Both the position numbers and the translations under genes were made by a program. Positions 25,260 through 36,685 of a stretch of 64,000 bases of DNA are shown here, piece by piece. Source of the DNA: Felis catus (Eukaryota); the NCBI RefSeq assembly GCF_018350175.1, contig NC_058369.1, positions 19,780,001 to 19,844,000 on the forward strand. The letters are read 5' to 3'. Each line of letters starts with the position of its first letter. The stretch's first letter is position 1. The notes under the pieces are model-generated. The model ran no database searches. It had not been told where the DNA came from and was given only the letters and a program-made list of their open reading frames with translations.

Positions 25260-26478
25260 ATAATCGGTGTATAGAAATGAGACAGATTTCTGTATATTCA
25301 TTTTGTATACTGAGATTTTACTGAATTTGTGTATCAGTTCCAGCAGTTTTTTGGTGGTGTCTTTTGAGTTTTCTATATAGAGTATCATGTCATCTACACA
25401 TAGTGAAAGTTTGACTTCTTTGCCAATTTGGATGCCTATTATTTCTTTTTGTTGTCTGATTGCTGAGGCTAGGACTTCCAGTACTGTGTTAAATAACAGT
25501 GGTGAGAATGGACATCCCTGTCTTGTTCCTGACCCTAGAGGAAAAGCTTTCAGTTTTTCCCCGTTGAAGATGATATTAGCTGTGGGTTTTTCATATATGG
25601 ACTTTATTATGTTGAGGTATGTTCCCGCTAAACCTACTTTGTTGAGGGTCTTTATCATGAATGGATGTTGTACTTTGTCAAGTGCTTTTTCTGCATCTTG
25701 AGAGGATCGTATGGTTCTTATCTGTTTTATTTCATGTTATGTTATGTTATGTTATGTTATGTTATGTTATGTTATGTTATGTTAGAGAACATTAGCAGGG
25801 GAGAGGGACAGAGGGAGAAAGAGAGAGGGAGAGAGAAAGAGGGAGGGAGAGAGGGAGATAGAGATGGAGACAATCTTCAGACTCCATGCACAGTGTATCA
25901 TGCTCAATTTGTATCAAGCTGCTTGATTTGCGAATATTGAACCACCCTGGCAAACCAGGAGTAAATCCCACTTGATCATGGTGAATGGTTCTTTTAATGT
26001 ACTGTTGGATTCAGTTTGCTAATATTTTGTTGCAAAAAGTCTCTTTTTCAGTGTTGTCTTTATCTGGTTTGGAATTGGTAATGCTGGCCTCATGGAATGA
26101 GTTTGGAAGTTTTCCTTCCATTTGTATTTTTTGGAACAGTTTGAGAGGAATAGGTATTAACTCGTCTTTAAATGTTTGGTAGAATCCCTCTGTGAAGTCA
26201 TCTGGCCCTGGACTTTGTTTGGAGATGTTTGATTACTGATTCAGTTTTTTTTTCTAGATATCAATATGTTCAAGTTTTCTATTTCTTCTTGTTTCAGTTT
26301 TGGTAGTTTATACGTTTCTAGGATTTTATATCCATTTCTTCCAGATTTTCTGGTTTGTTGACATATAATTTTTCATAATATTCTCATAATTGTTTGTATT
26401 TATCTGGTGTTGGTTGTGATTTCTCCTCTCTCACACGTGATTTATTTATTTGGGTCCATTCTATTTTTGATAAGTGTG
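25260..26478 (-). mobile_element. Carnivore L1 ORF2 RT-domain fragment, with (TGTTA)n at 25735-25784 and a SINE remnant
   Basis: ORF 25197-25658 contains [21 protein letters not shown] and VDDMILY (RT motifs). Confidence 0.9.
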
Positions 26479-26599
26479 TTCTTTTTTCCTTTTATGATGT
26501 TTACATAAAATCTCTGGGTCAAAGAGCACCATAGAAATGCCCAGGTCAGTTGTTTTGCAAAATGTCCCTCAGTTTGTATTTGCCTAAATGTTTTTTCCT

Positions 26600-26709
26600 A
26601 AGTGGGTGATGGGCATTGAGGAGTGCACGTGTTGGGAGGAGCACTGGTTGTTGTATGGAAACCAATTTGACAATAAATTTCATATTAAATAAATGAATAA
26701 ACAAATAAA
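26600..26709 (+). mobile_element. Very short (about 110 bp) felid L1 3' end
   Basis: gagcactgg...ggaaaccaatttgacaataaa. TSD taaatgttttttcct at 26585-26599 and 26710-26724. Confidence 0.9.
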
Positions 26710-27054
26710 TAAATGTTTTTTCCTGGTTAGACTCAGCGTAAGCATTTTAGATTGCAATACTACATAGGTGGTGTTGTGGATTAAAACGATCATATTTCTC
26801 TTGCAGGTCCTCCCAGCACATGATATGATTAGCAAGACCAGGGCTTGGGGCTCTACCTTAGTAAATAGTAGCCGAGAACAAAGGCCTCAATCAGTGAACA
26901 TGCATTGTGTTTCTATCATGTGCCTTCTTCATTGTATCCTGTCATACCTGTGGAAAAGATGACCCTGTGCTCTCAATGCTTCTTAGGATATATCATCTGC
27001 TTCTTGGAAAACTTGTACCATTTGTGCTGAAGTGCTTTTGTTTTGTTTTGTTTT

Positions 27055-27287
27055 TTTTATTTTTTAAAAAAAAATTTTTTTTTTTCAACGTTTATTTATT
27101 TTTGGGACAGAGAGAGCCAGAGCATGAACGGGGAGGGGCAGAGAGAGAGGGAGACACAGAATCGGAAACAGTCTCCAGGCTCCGAGCCATCAGCCCAGAG
27201 CCCGACGCGGGGCTCGAACCCACGGACCGCGAGATCGTGACCTGGCTGAAGTCGGACGCTTAACCGACTGTGCCACCCAGGCGCCCC
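27055..27287 (-). mobile_element. Can-SINE, youngest subtype
   Basis: CpG-rich; carries gacctggctgaagtcggacg like the copies at 1489, 48917 and 50575. Confidence 0.96.
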
Positions 27288-29100
27288 TTGTTTTTGTTTT
27301 TTATTTGGTTGACAGGGAATGAAATTACTTGAATAGGCTATGGAAATTTTCTTGTGGGGACTTTTAAAATTTACATAGTTTTCAGTTAGCTTTTAAAGTT
27401 TTTCTTCACATCTGGCTTTTCTCATTCTTAAAATGATCCACCAGTTTTTGTAAAGTTTCACTGAAAAAAATATACATTTGTATATTTGAAGATAGTAAAT
27501 TTGTAGTAAATTTGAAGATTTTAGGGCTGATAAGAAAAAAGATATGGCTACAAGATGGAAGGAACATACTATGAGCTTTATTTAGGCAGAACTTTGACGG
27601 GTTGTAAAGATAAGTCCCTAACAGCTGGAGACCTCCCGGCAGCGCAGGGCCATACCTATAACAGGAAGAGGGCACAGGAACCCCTGGGAGAGAAGGGACT
27701 TATGTATCTAGATTATGTTACTTAGCTGCATGATGGGAAATCTCTGGGTCAAAGAGCACCATAGAATAGCAGCAGCTTATGATCTTTTATAGTCCAGGGT
27801 GGGTCTAAACTGTGAATAGCAGTTATTGAGTGCAGCTTTATTAATGTAAAATGACAGGCTCTAAATGGCTAAAAATATGCTTATTTGGGTTATATTAGAA
27901 GCAGTTGGATGTAAAATTTTGGCACTGGTGGGCTGTGAGCTAATGGTGCTCTCTTGCTGTGAAGAAGTAAATAATACAGGGCCCAGTATACAAGAGACAC
28001 TTTGGCACATTTATATAACATCATTACATTGTGAAACACAAATATTTTTTATTTTAAATTGTGGGAAGTTAGTGGCATGATTTAAATTAGGAATAGCCAA
28101 CTTCCGTAGTTTTAGGAGTTGTCAGTTTTACTGATTACTAACCAAACTTTAGTTTACTTGAAAAATAGTTTACTTGAAAAGAAGCTTATAAATTTGACCC
28201 TAGATTCTTAAATTTATTTTAGGAGGGAGGCACAAGGTATTACAGGTAGGCCGATGACATACTCCTCTTATGTTCTGCTTAAGGAATTATTCATGTTCAT
28301 ATTATTTTTTGGATTTACCTCTTTACTCTGGTTTAATGAGTGTGGTTTCAAAGTGGGTTGAGTGTGTGTGGGAGATTGCATATAGGAAAATACATGTGTG
28401 CTGTAAGGAACACATGAGAACAGCATCAATTTAAGTACTAATGTATAACATTTCTTTTCTCTGGAACTTTTATTTTTGTTTGTATATTTACTGAAATAAC
28501 TTCTGTCTTCATTAGAGATGAAAATCAGAACTGATTTTTACAGAAATTCCTTTTTGCAGTATTTTTTCTAAATGTTCCATTTTCCCTCTTTACTAGATAA
28601 TTTTCATCAGCCTACAACTTCTTGAACTCATTACTTTGTTTTCTCAGAGCAAAATTTCTCAAGAGTTGGTTATGCAACAGTGCTTATTGAATATGAATAA
28701 GTAGTCTTTTGGTATATTATGTTCATTTTTACTTCTTTATATTTTTGATTTTTAAAAACATATAATTCTGTAACAAAACTTATTTATACTACTAGAGAAA
28801 ATAGGCAAAGCCTAGTAACTTGCTGGTGGGAAAACTGCAACTTGTATGTGAATGTTTCCTAAATACTTAAGGTAGAGAGAAATGTATGTGTATACACACA
28901 CTCTAAGGCTGTATTAAATTCTGAGTTGAAATTCATATTCTCTTTGCTCAGAATAAGATAATTAAGTCCCTATTTAAGTATTTGTTTTGTTAGTAACATT
29001 TTACCTTAAAAATATTAGGAGTATGTAAGTTAGTTTAATGTTTGAGACGTGCTTCAGTTTGAACAGATGATTTTTCACCATTTAAGAAAGAATGTGGTTG

Positions 29101-29302
29101 GGGCACCTGGGCGGCTCAGTTGGTTAAGCGGCCGACTTCGGCTCAGGTCATGATTTCGCGGTCCATGAGCTCGAGCCCCGCGTCGGGCTCTGTGCTGACA
29201 GCTCAGAGCCTGGAGCCTGTTTCGGATTCTGTGTCTCCCTCTCTCTGACCCTCCCCCGTTCATGCTCTGTCTCTCTCTGTCTCAAAAATAAATAAATGTT
29301 AA

Positions 29303-29360
<58 letters not shown>
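29101..29360 (+). mobile_element. Can-SINE with (GAAA)n tail (29304-29360)
   Basis: Full SINE flanked by aagaaagaaWgtggttg. Confidence 0.95.
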
Positions 29361-29361
<1 letters not shown>

Positions 29362-29367
29362 TGGTTG

Positions 29368-29686
29368 AACAAGAGGGTATTATTCTAAGCGAAATTAGTC
29401 AGTCTGAGGAAGACAAATATCATATGACTTCACTCATATGAGGACTTTAAGAGACAAAACATGAACATAAGAGAAGGAAAGCAAAAATAATTTAAAAACA
29501 GGAAGGAGGACAAAACCTAACAGATTGTTAAATATGGAGAACAAACAGAGGGTTACTGGAGGGGTTGTGGGAGGGGGATGGGCTAAATGGGTAAGAGGCA
29601 TTAAGGAATCTAGTACTGAAATCATTGTTGTACTATGTGATAACCAACTTGAATGTAAATTAAAAAAATAAACTAAAAAAAAAAAA
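29368..29686 (+). mobile_element. Feliform L1 3' end fragment
   Basis: gagggtattattctaagcgaaattagtcag... 3'UTR and A tail, followed by aagaaagaatgtagttg. Confidence 0.88.
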
Positions 29687-29689
29687 AGA

Positions 29690-30215
29690 AAGAATGTAGT
29701 TGATAAGAGTCACACATTCACCATGACTAAGCCATGCCAGTGCATTGGATATAATGTGTTTTGGTTTCTGCAAAGCATATGACAGTCTCATTTAACATCC
29801 CTATGGATATATAGGCAAGATGCTAACAAAGTTAATTTATAGATGGTTGGACATCTGTCAAAGAATTTTTATCACTTCTTTCTTTGTGCCAGTGTTCTAT
29901 TGTACTTAGATTATTCCAACCTGTGTGTCTTCATCTTTAGCTCAGTGCCTGACATGTAGCAGACACTTAGTAAACATGATGGGTAAATGAGTAAGTTAGA
30001 GACTTTAACAATTTGATAACTAATATAGTAGTTTTCTGATGGCAAGGCATAGGACATAATTCTTATCCATAGCCATACTTAATAAAAAAGACTAGATAAC
30101 CTCGAAATACAAATAAAAACAATTTTCCTTACATTATTGGAAGGATCTAAGGTAGCTCACAGAAGGAAAGGAAAAGCTAGTGTCCCAGTTTTCAGAAAGG
30201 AGAGAAGCTAGAATG
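29690..30215 (+). mobile_element. Possible CR1/L3 remnants with an L2 3' end at about 29930-29995
   Basis: ttctgcaaagcatatgacagtctcat resembles CR1 RT FxKAFD, and tgtcccagttttcagaaagg resembles PIFKKG; very diverged. Confidence 0.4.
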
Positions 30216-30342
30216 GTTCACTAAATCTGGATGTAGAACTTACTTAATGGACAGTCTCTTCTGGGTGCCACTCTTGCAGTTTTATACTGTTTTCTATCCA
30301 TCTGTTACTCTTTTTGAGACTCACATTAACAAGAGAGTGGCA

Positions 30343-32151
30343 CTTATACACTAATAATGAAGAGTAGAAAGACAAAGAAACTGATCCCATTCACAGTTGC
30401 ACCAAGAAGCATAAAATACCTAGGAATAAATCTAACCAAAGATGTAAAAGATCTTTATGATGAAAACTATGGAAAGCTTATGAAGGAATTTGGAGAAGAT
30501 ATAAGGAATGGAAAAACATTCCGTGCTCATGGGTTGGAAGAATAAATATTGTCAAAATGTCATTACTATCCAAAGCTATCTACACACAATGAAATCCCAA
30601 TCAAAATTGCACCAGCATTCTTCTTGAAGCTAGAACAAGCAATTCTAAAATTCATATGGAAACACAAAAGGCCCCAAATAGCCAAAGTAATTTTGAAGAA
30701 GAAGACCAAAGCAGGAGGCATCACAATCCCAGACTTTAGCCTCTACTACAAAGTTGTAATCCTCAAGACAGCATTGTATTGGCACAAAAACAGACACATA
30801 GACCAATGGAATAGAATAGAAACCCCAGAACTAGACCCACAAAAGTATGGCCAACTAATCTTTGACAAAGCAAGAAAGAATATCCAATGGAAAAAAGTCT
30901 CTTTAACAAATGGTGCTGGGAGAATTGGACAGCAACATGCAGAAGGTTGAAACTAGACCACTTTCTTACACCATTCACAAAAATAAACTCAAAATGGATA
31001 AAGGACCTGAATGTGAGGCAGGAAACCATCAAAACCCTAGAGGAGAAAACAGGAAAAGACCTCTCTGACCTCAGCCGCAGCAATTTTTTACTTGACACAT
31101 CCCCAAAGGCAAGGGAATTAAAAGCAAAAATGAACTATTGGGACCTCATGAAGATAAAAAGCTTCTGCACAGCAAAGGAAACAATCAACAAAACTAAAAG
31201 GCAACCAACGGAATGGGAAAAGATATTTGTAAATGACATCAGACAAAGGACTGGTATCCAAAATCCATAAAGAGCTCACCAAACTCCACACCCGAAAAAC
31301 AACCCAGTGAAGAAATGGGCAGAAAACATGAATAGACACTTCTCTAAAGAAGACATCCGGATGGCCAACAGGCACATGAAAAGATGCTCAACGTCGCTCC
31401 TCATCAGGGAAATACAAATCAAAACCACACTCAGATATCACCTCACTCCAGTCAGAGTGGCCAAAATGAACAAATCAGGAGACTATAGATGCTGGAGAGG
31501 ATGTGGAGAAACGGGAACCCTCTTGCACTGTTGGTGGGAATGCAAACTGGTGCAGCCACTCTGGAAAACAGTTCCTCAAAAAATTAAAAATAGACCTACC
31601 CTATGACCCAGCAATAGCACTGCTAGGAATTTACCCAAGGGACACAGGAGTACTGATGCATAGGGGCACTTGTACCCCAATGTTTATAGCAGCATTCTCA
31701 ACAATAGCCAAATTACGGAAAGAGCCTAAATGCCCATCAACTGATGAATGGATAAAGAAATTGTGGTTTATATACACAATGGAGTACTACGTGGCAATGA
31801 GAAAGAATGAAATATGTCCCTTTGTAGCAACGTGGATGGCACTGGAGAGTGTGATGCTAAGGGAAATAAGCCATACAGAGAAAGACAGATACCATATGGT
31901 TTCACTCTTATGTGGATCCTGAGAAACTTAACAGGAACCCATGGGGGAGGGGAAGGAAAAAAAAGAGGTTAGAGTGGAAGAGAGCCAAAGCATAAGAGAC
32001 TCTTAAAAACTGAGAACAAACTGAGGGCTGATGGGGGGGTGGGAGGGAGGGGTGGTGCGTGATGGGTATTGAAGAGGGCATCTTTTGGGATGAGCACTGG
32101 GTGTTGAGTGGAAACCAATTTGACAATGAATTTCATATATTTAAAAAAAAC
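30343..32151 (+). mobile_element. Young felid L1 (L1_Fc-type), 5'-truncated, about 1.8 kb
   Basis: ORF2 C-terminal fragments ([36 protein letters not shown]), 3'UTR and A tail. TSD caagagagtggca at 30330-30342 and 32152-32164. Confidence 0.96.
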
Positions 32152-32309
32152 CAAGAGAGTGGCAGAATAGAAGAGGTTGGGTTGTGTGCATCCAATAGAT
32201 TTAATAGATTAGATATAATATATGCAAAAAAGCATTTGATTAAATCAGTATTCATTTAACTACATGTTTTTAGGACAGTAGGAAAAGGCCTCTGGAAATA
32301 ACATTGAAA

Positions 32310-32445
32310 TTTTATTTTATTTATTATTTAAAAAATTTTTAAATATGAAATTTATTGTCACATTGGTTTCCATACAACACCCAGTGCTCATCCCAACAGG
32401 TGCCCTCCTTAATGCCCATCACCCACTTTCCCCTCCCTCCCACCC
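32310..32445 (-). mobile_element. Short felid L1 3' end in the spacer between the inverted L1 pair
   Basis: L1 3'UTR terminus; TSD aacattgaaRtttta. Confidence 0.88.
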
Positions 32446-32739
32446 AACATTGAAGTTTTAGAGACAACATTAAGGATGTATCACCAATTCTACTCTAAAA
32501 CTGCTGTATCTTAGTATACACTCTCCATAGTCTTAATATTTTTAGTACACTATTTCATTTTATTTTCCTATATTATGTTTAGCATCTTGCTTGTCTGTAT
32601 ACATGAGATTTGTCTGTGATTTTCTTTTCTTGAAATATCCTTGACTACTTTTGGTGTAAAGAGTAATTTATAGAATGAATCTGGTAACCTTCACACTAGT
32701 TCTAGACTTTGAAAAAGTTAATGTAGAGAGTAATCTTTA

Positions 32740-33711
32740 TTTTTTATTTTTTTTCAATATATGAAGTTTATTGTCAAATTAATTTCCACTCAACACCCAG
32801 TGCTCATCCCAAAAGGTGCCCTCCTCAATACCCATCACCCACTCTCCCCTCCCTCCCACCCCCCATAAACCCTCAGTTTGTTCTCAGTTTTTAAGAGTCT
32901 CTTATGCTTTGGCTCTCTTCCACTCTAACCTCTTCTTTTTTCCCCTCCCCCATGGGTTCCTGTTAAGTTTCTCAGGATCCACATAAGAGTGAAACCATAT
33001 GGTATCTGTCTTTCTCTGTATGGCTTATTTTACTTTGCACAACAGTCTCCAGTTCCATCCACGTTGCTACAAAGGGCCATATTTCATTCTTTCTTATTGC
33101 CACGTAGTACTCCATTGTGTATATAAACCACAATTTCTTTATCCATTCATCAGTTGATGGGCATTTAGGCTCTTTCCGTAATTTGGCTATTGTTGAGAAT
33201 GCTGCTATAAACATTGGGGTACAAGTGCCCCTATGCATCAGTACTCCTGTGTCCCTTGGGTAAATTCCTAGCAGTGCTGTTGCTGGGTCATAGGGTAGGT
33301 CTATTTTTAATTTTTTGAGGAACCTCCACACTGTTTTCCAGAGTGGCTGCACCAGTTTGCATTCCCACCAACAGTGCAAGAGGGTTCCCGTTTCTCCACA
33401 TCCTCTCCAGTATCTATAGTCTCCTGATTTGTTCATTTTGGCCACTCTGACTGGCGTGAGGGGATATCTGAGTGTGGTTTTGATTTGTATTTCCCTGATG
33501 AGGAGCGACGTTGAGCATCTTTTCATGTGCCTGTTGGCCATCCGGATGTCTTCTTTAGAGAAGTGTCTATTCATGTTTTCTGCCCATTTCTTCACTGGGT
33601 TATTTGTTTTTCGGGTGTGGAGTTTGGTGAGCTCTTTATAGATTTTGGATACTAGCCCTTTGTCCGATATGTTATTTGCAAATATCTTTTCCCATTCCGT
33701 TGGTTGCCTTT
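32740..33711 (-). mobile_element. Young felid L1 (L1_Fc-type), 5'-truncated, about 0.97 kb
   Basis: 207-aa open ORF2 C-terminus (32972-33595). TSD tagagagtaatcttta at 32724-32739 and 33712-33727. Confidence 0.96.
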
Positions 33712-33769
33712 TAGAGAGTAATCTTTAAAGATTTGATAAAATTTGATTGTAAAAATGTCTGGACTTGGA

Positions 33770-35950
33770 GAGTAGTAAGCAAGACAATGCAATAGGAGTT
33801 TTCTACCATCATCTCCTCACAGAACTAACTATGAATGAGATTACCTTTGTGGAATCTGGATGTAGGACTTACATAATGGACATCATGTTCAAGATGCCAT
33901 TCTTAAAGTTTTACACTTTACATTCTTAAAGTTTTCCATTCCTGCATTGCTGGGATTCCACTTAAGAAATGTTAGCACACTATTGAAGCCAGAAATCTGA
34001 GAATTGATGCATTGAAGAGAGTAGTAAGAACAGTTTCACTTTACCTATGTCATCCCTCCCCAAAGGTGTTACAGCTCAATGACAAGAGAGATTCACTTGG
34101 TCTGAACTTTTTCCACTGGGGGAAAGTGAGAGCATAGTGAGTGAGTACTTGGCTTTCCAGCCATGTAGGATGCTGCCCCAGAGGCCCACTTTTTTCTCAC
34201 CATACTGAAGTAATCTGCACAGCAAAGTGGTTGAGAGAGGCTGGGGGCAGGTAAGAGATATGGGGACTTACAGCAACCAGGGCTCAGAAATCATCAAAGC
34301 GTCACAGATCTGACTGACTAACCACTTTGCAGACTCCCACCAAGAAGCCTGCCCCTGAGCTAGTGGAAACATCTTCCTACAGATTCCTCCAACTGGTCCA
34401 TGGACCCCTCAAGTGTTCTTGATGCCTTACCCACTCTTCCTGTCACTGTATCACCTGTGCCCATGGATAGTGTGTTTGCAAGCCTTTGCATATGGCTCAC
34501 AATTCTGCAGAAATACAGATAATCTTTGTAGGATCAGGAGAAGACAAACAACTTGAGCATTTCAGGGTTTTGCCCAGGGATCACCTGGCCTGGCTTTGTG
34601 AGATCAAGAGAAGGCATCTTTAGGAATTCTCACTAAATCAGGAGTAAGAGATGTGGAGCAGGAGCATACATAGAAAAGGTCTGAGAGAACTTCATAATTT
34701 ATTCTTGCACTGACTAGTAAAGGCATTTGTCTCCTGAAGTCCTTCAGCAAAGACTAGAGAAGGTAAGTTCTTTGAATAAAAGACAGAAATGCAAAACTTC
34801 AAGGAATAAGAAAAATTAAGGAAATATGACACCACTAAAGAAGCACATTAGTTTTCAATTTACTATCCTGAAAGAAATGGAGATCTATAAATTGCTTGAA
34901 AGGTAATTTAACATAATTATTTTCTTTTTTTTCCTTAAAAGAAAAAGAAAAAAAAGAACATAATTATGTTAAAGGAAGCTCAGCAGCTACTAGAGAGCAT
35001 AGATGGATAATGAAATTAGGAAAAGAACATATGAACAAAAAAGGAAGTTCTACAAAGAGATAGAACTGAAAAAATAAAAGAACCAAATTCTGGAGCTGAA
35101 GAATACAGTAAACAAAATGAAAACTGTAATTGATATTGTCAATAACAGACTTGGTCAAACAGAAGAAAAAATCTGTGTACCCAACAATAAGTCACTTGAA
35201 AATATCCAGCCAGAAGAGAAAAAAAAAAAAAAAAGAAAAAGAAGGAATGAAAAGGAATGAACACAGTCTACAGGATTTATGGAATCATCCTCTTGAACTA
35301 GTAAATGCCTTGTGGTAGTCCCAGAAGGAGAGGAGAGAGAGTTAGGGTAGAAAACTAATTTAGAGTAATGGCTAAAAACTTCCCAAACCTGGGGAGAGAT
35401 ACGGACATCCAGGTCCATGAAGCTCAAAGCTCTCTAAACAGTTCAACCTAAAGAAGACTTCTTCAAGACGTGTTATATCAAACTGTTAAAAGTTAAAAAC
35501 AAAGAGAAAAATTTGAAAGTAGCAACATAAAGAGAGTAGTTGCATAGAAGGGAAACTCCATAAAGCTATCAGCAGTTTCACAGCAGAAGCCTAACAAGCC
35601 AGGAGTAAATGAGATGATGTATTTATAGTTCTGAAAGAAAAAAAAAAACATGCCAACCAAGAATACTTTATCTGGCGAAGTTATCTTTCATATAAGAAGG
35701 AGAAATAAAGACTTTCCCAGAAAGATAAAAGCTGAGGGAGTTAATCTCCACTAGATACATTTTATAAGCGATGCTGCAGGGTGTTTTTGAAGCTGAAAAG
35801 GGTATTAGTTAACATGAAAACATATGAAGGTGTAAAACACATTGGTAAAGGTAAGTATATAGTCAAGTTTAGAATATTTTAATACTGTAATGGTGTGTAA
35901 ACTACCTTCAACTCTAGTATAAAGGTGAAAAGACAAAGTATTACAAATAA
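33770..35950 (+). mobile_element. Old L1 5'UTR, ORF1 and inter-ORF region (same family as the elements at 1-3760 and 13670)
   Basis: 5'UTR homology (tttcactttacct, ggctttccagc..gatgctgcc..agaggc) and ORF1 motif atggctaaaaacttcccaaacctggggagaga. Confidence 0.8.
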
Positions 35951-35954
35951 CGAT

Positions 35955-36685
35955 AGCCAAAACACTAACATTATTTTTCATAGAACTAGAACAAATAATA
36001 CGGAAATTTTTATGGAACCCTGAATAGGCCAAAGCAGTCTTAAGAAAGAAGAACAAAGCTGAAGGTATCATAATTCCAGACTTCAAGACATATACTACAA
36101 AGCTGTAGAAATCAAAGCAATATGGTACCAGCACAAAAGTAGATACAAATGATCAATGGAACAGAAGAGTCCAGAAATAAACTTACGCTTATATTGTCAG
36201 TTAATCTATGCCAAAGAGGCAAGAATATACAATGGGGGAAAAGACAATCTCTTCAATAAGTGATGCTGGGAAAACTGGACAGCTACATGCAGAAGAATGA
36301 AACTAGACCACTTTGTTACCCCATATACAAAAATAAAATAAAAATGGATTGAAGACCTAAATATGAGACCTGAAACCATGAAACTCCTAGAAGAGAACAC
36401 AGGCAGTAATTTCTCTGACATCAGCTGTAGCAACATTTTTCTAGCTATATCTCTTAAGGCGAAGGAAAGAAAAGCAAACATAAATTATTGGGACTACATC
36501 AATATAAAAAGATTTTGCACAGCAAAGGAAACCCATCAACAAAAACAAAAAGGCAACCTACTGAATGGGAGAAGATATTTGCAAATTATATATCTAATAA
36601 GGGGTTATTATTCAAAATGTATAAAGAATTGATACAAGTCAACACCAAAAAACTAAATAATCTCATTAAAAATTGGCAGAAGAAG
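35955..36685 (+). mobile_element. Carnivore L1 ORF2 3' fragment lacking its 3'UTR
   Basis: MRPETMKLLEENTG..NYWDYI and [14 protein letters not shown]. Confidence 0.85.

Larger units (their letters stand above)
24630..26790 (-). mobile_element. L1MC4-like 3' end (24630-24975 and 26480-26790) split by younger L1 pieces
   Basis: ttttattttgaaaaatttcaaa...aaggacattctttaacat...tgtcctttt, resuming at ccaggtcagttgttttgcaaaatgtccctc. Confidence 0.6.

Noticed and set aside
16684..25658. Endonuclease (16684-17187) and RT (25197-25658) ORFs as a novel RT or nuclease system
   Set aside because: They are ordinary decayed L1 ORF2 pieces from separate elements on opposite strands, with stops and frameshifts.
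25030..26478. Sense L1 3' end plus antisense ORF2 as one twin-primed element
   Set aside because: The A tail lies in the middle rather than at an outer end and the pieces are far apart in L1 coordinates, so they are more likely separate insertions.
26790..26962. Acceptor-like catatttctcttgcAG near 26806 followed by an open frame, as an extra DOCK3 exon
   Set aside because: The two real exons are already contiguous in the DOCK3 peptide. I see no convincing donor and no recognisable peptide.
32972..33595. Longest ORF in the track (207 aa) as a functional or domesticated gene
   Set aside because: It is the ORF2 C-terminus and 3' region of a 5'-truncated L1 with TSDs. It is open only because the copy is young.
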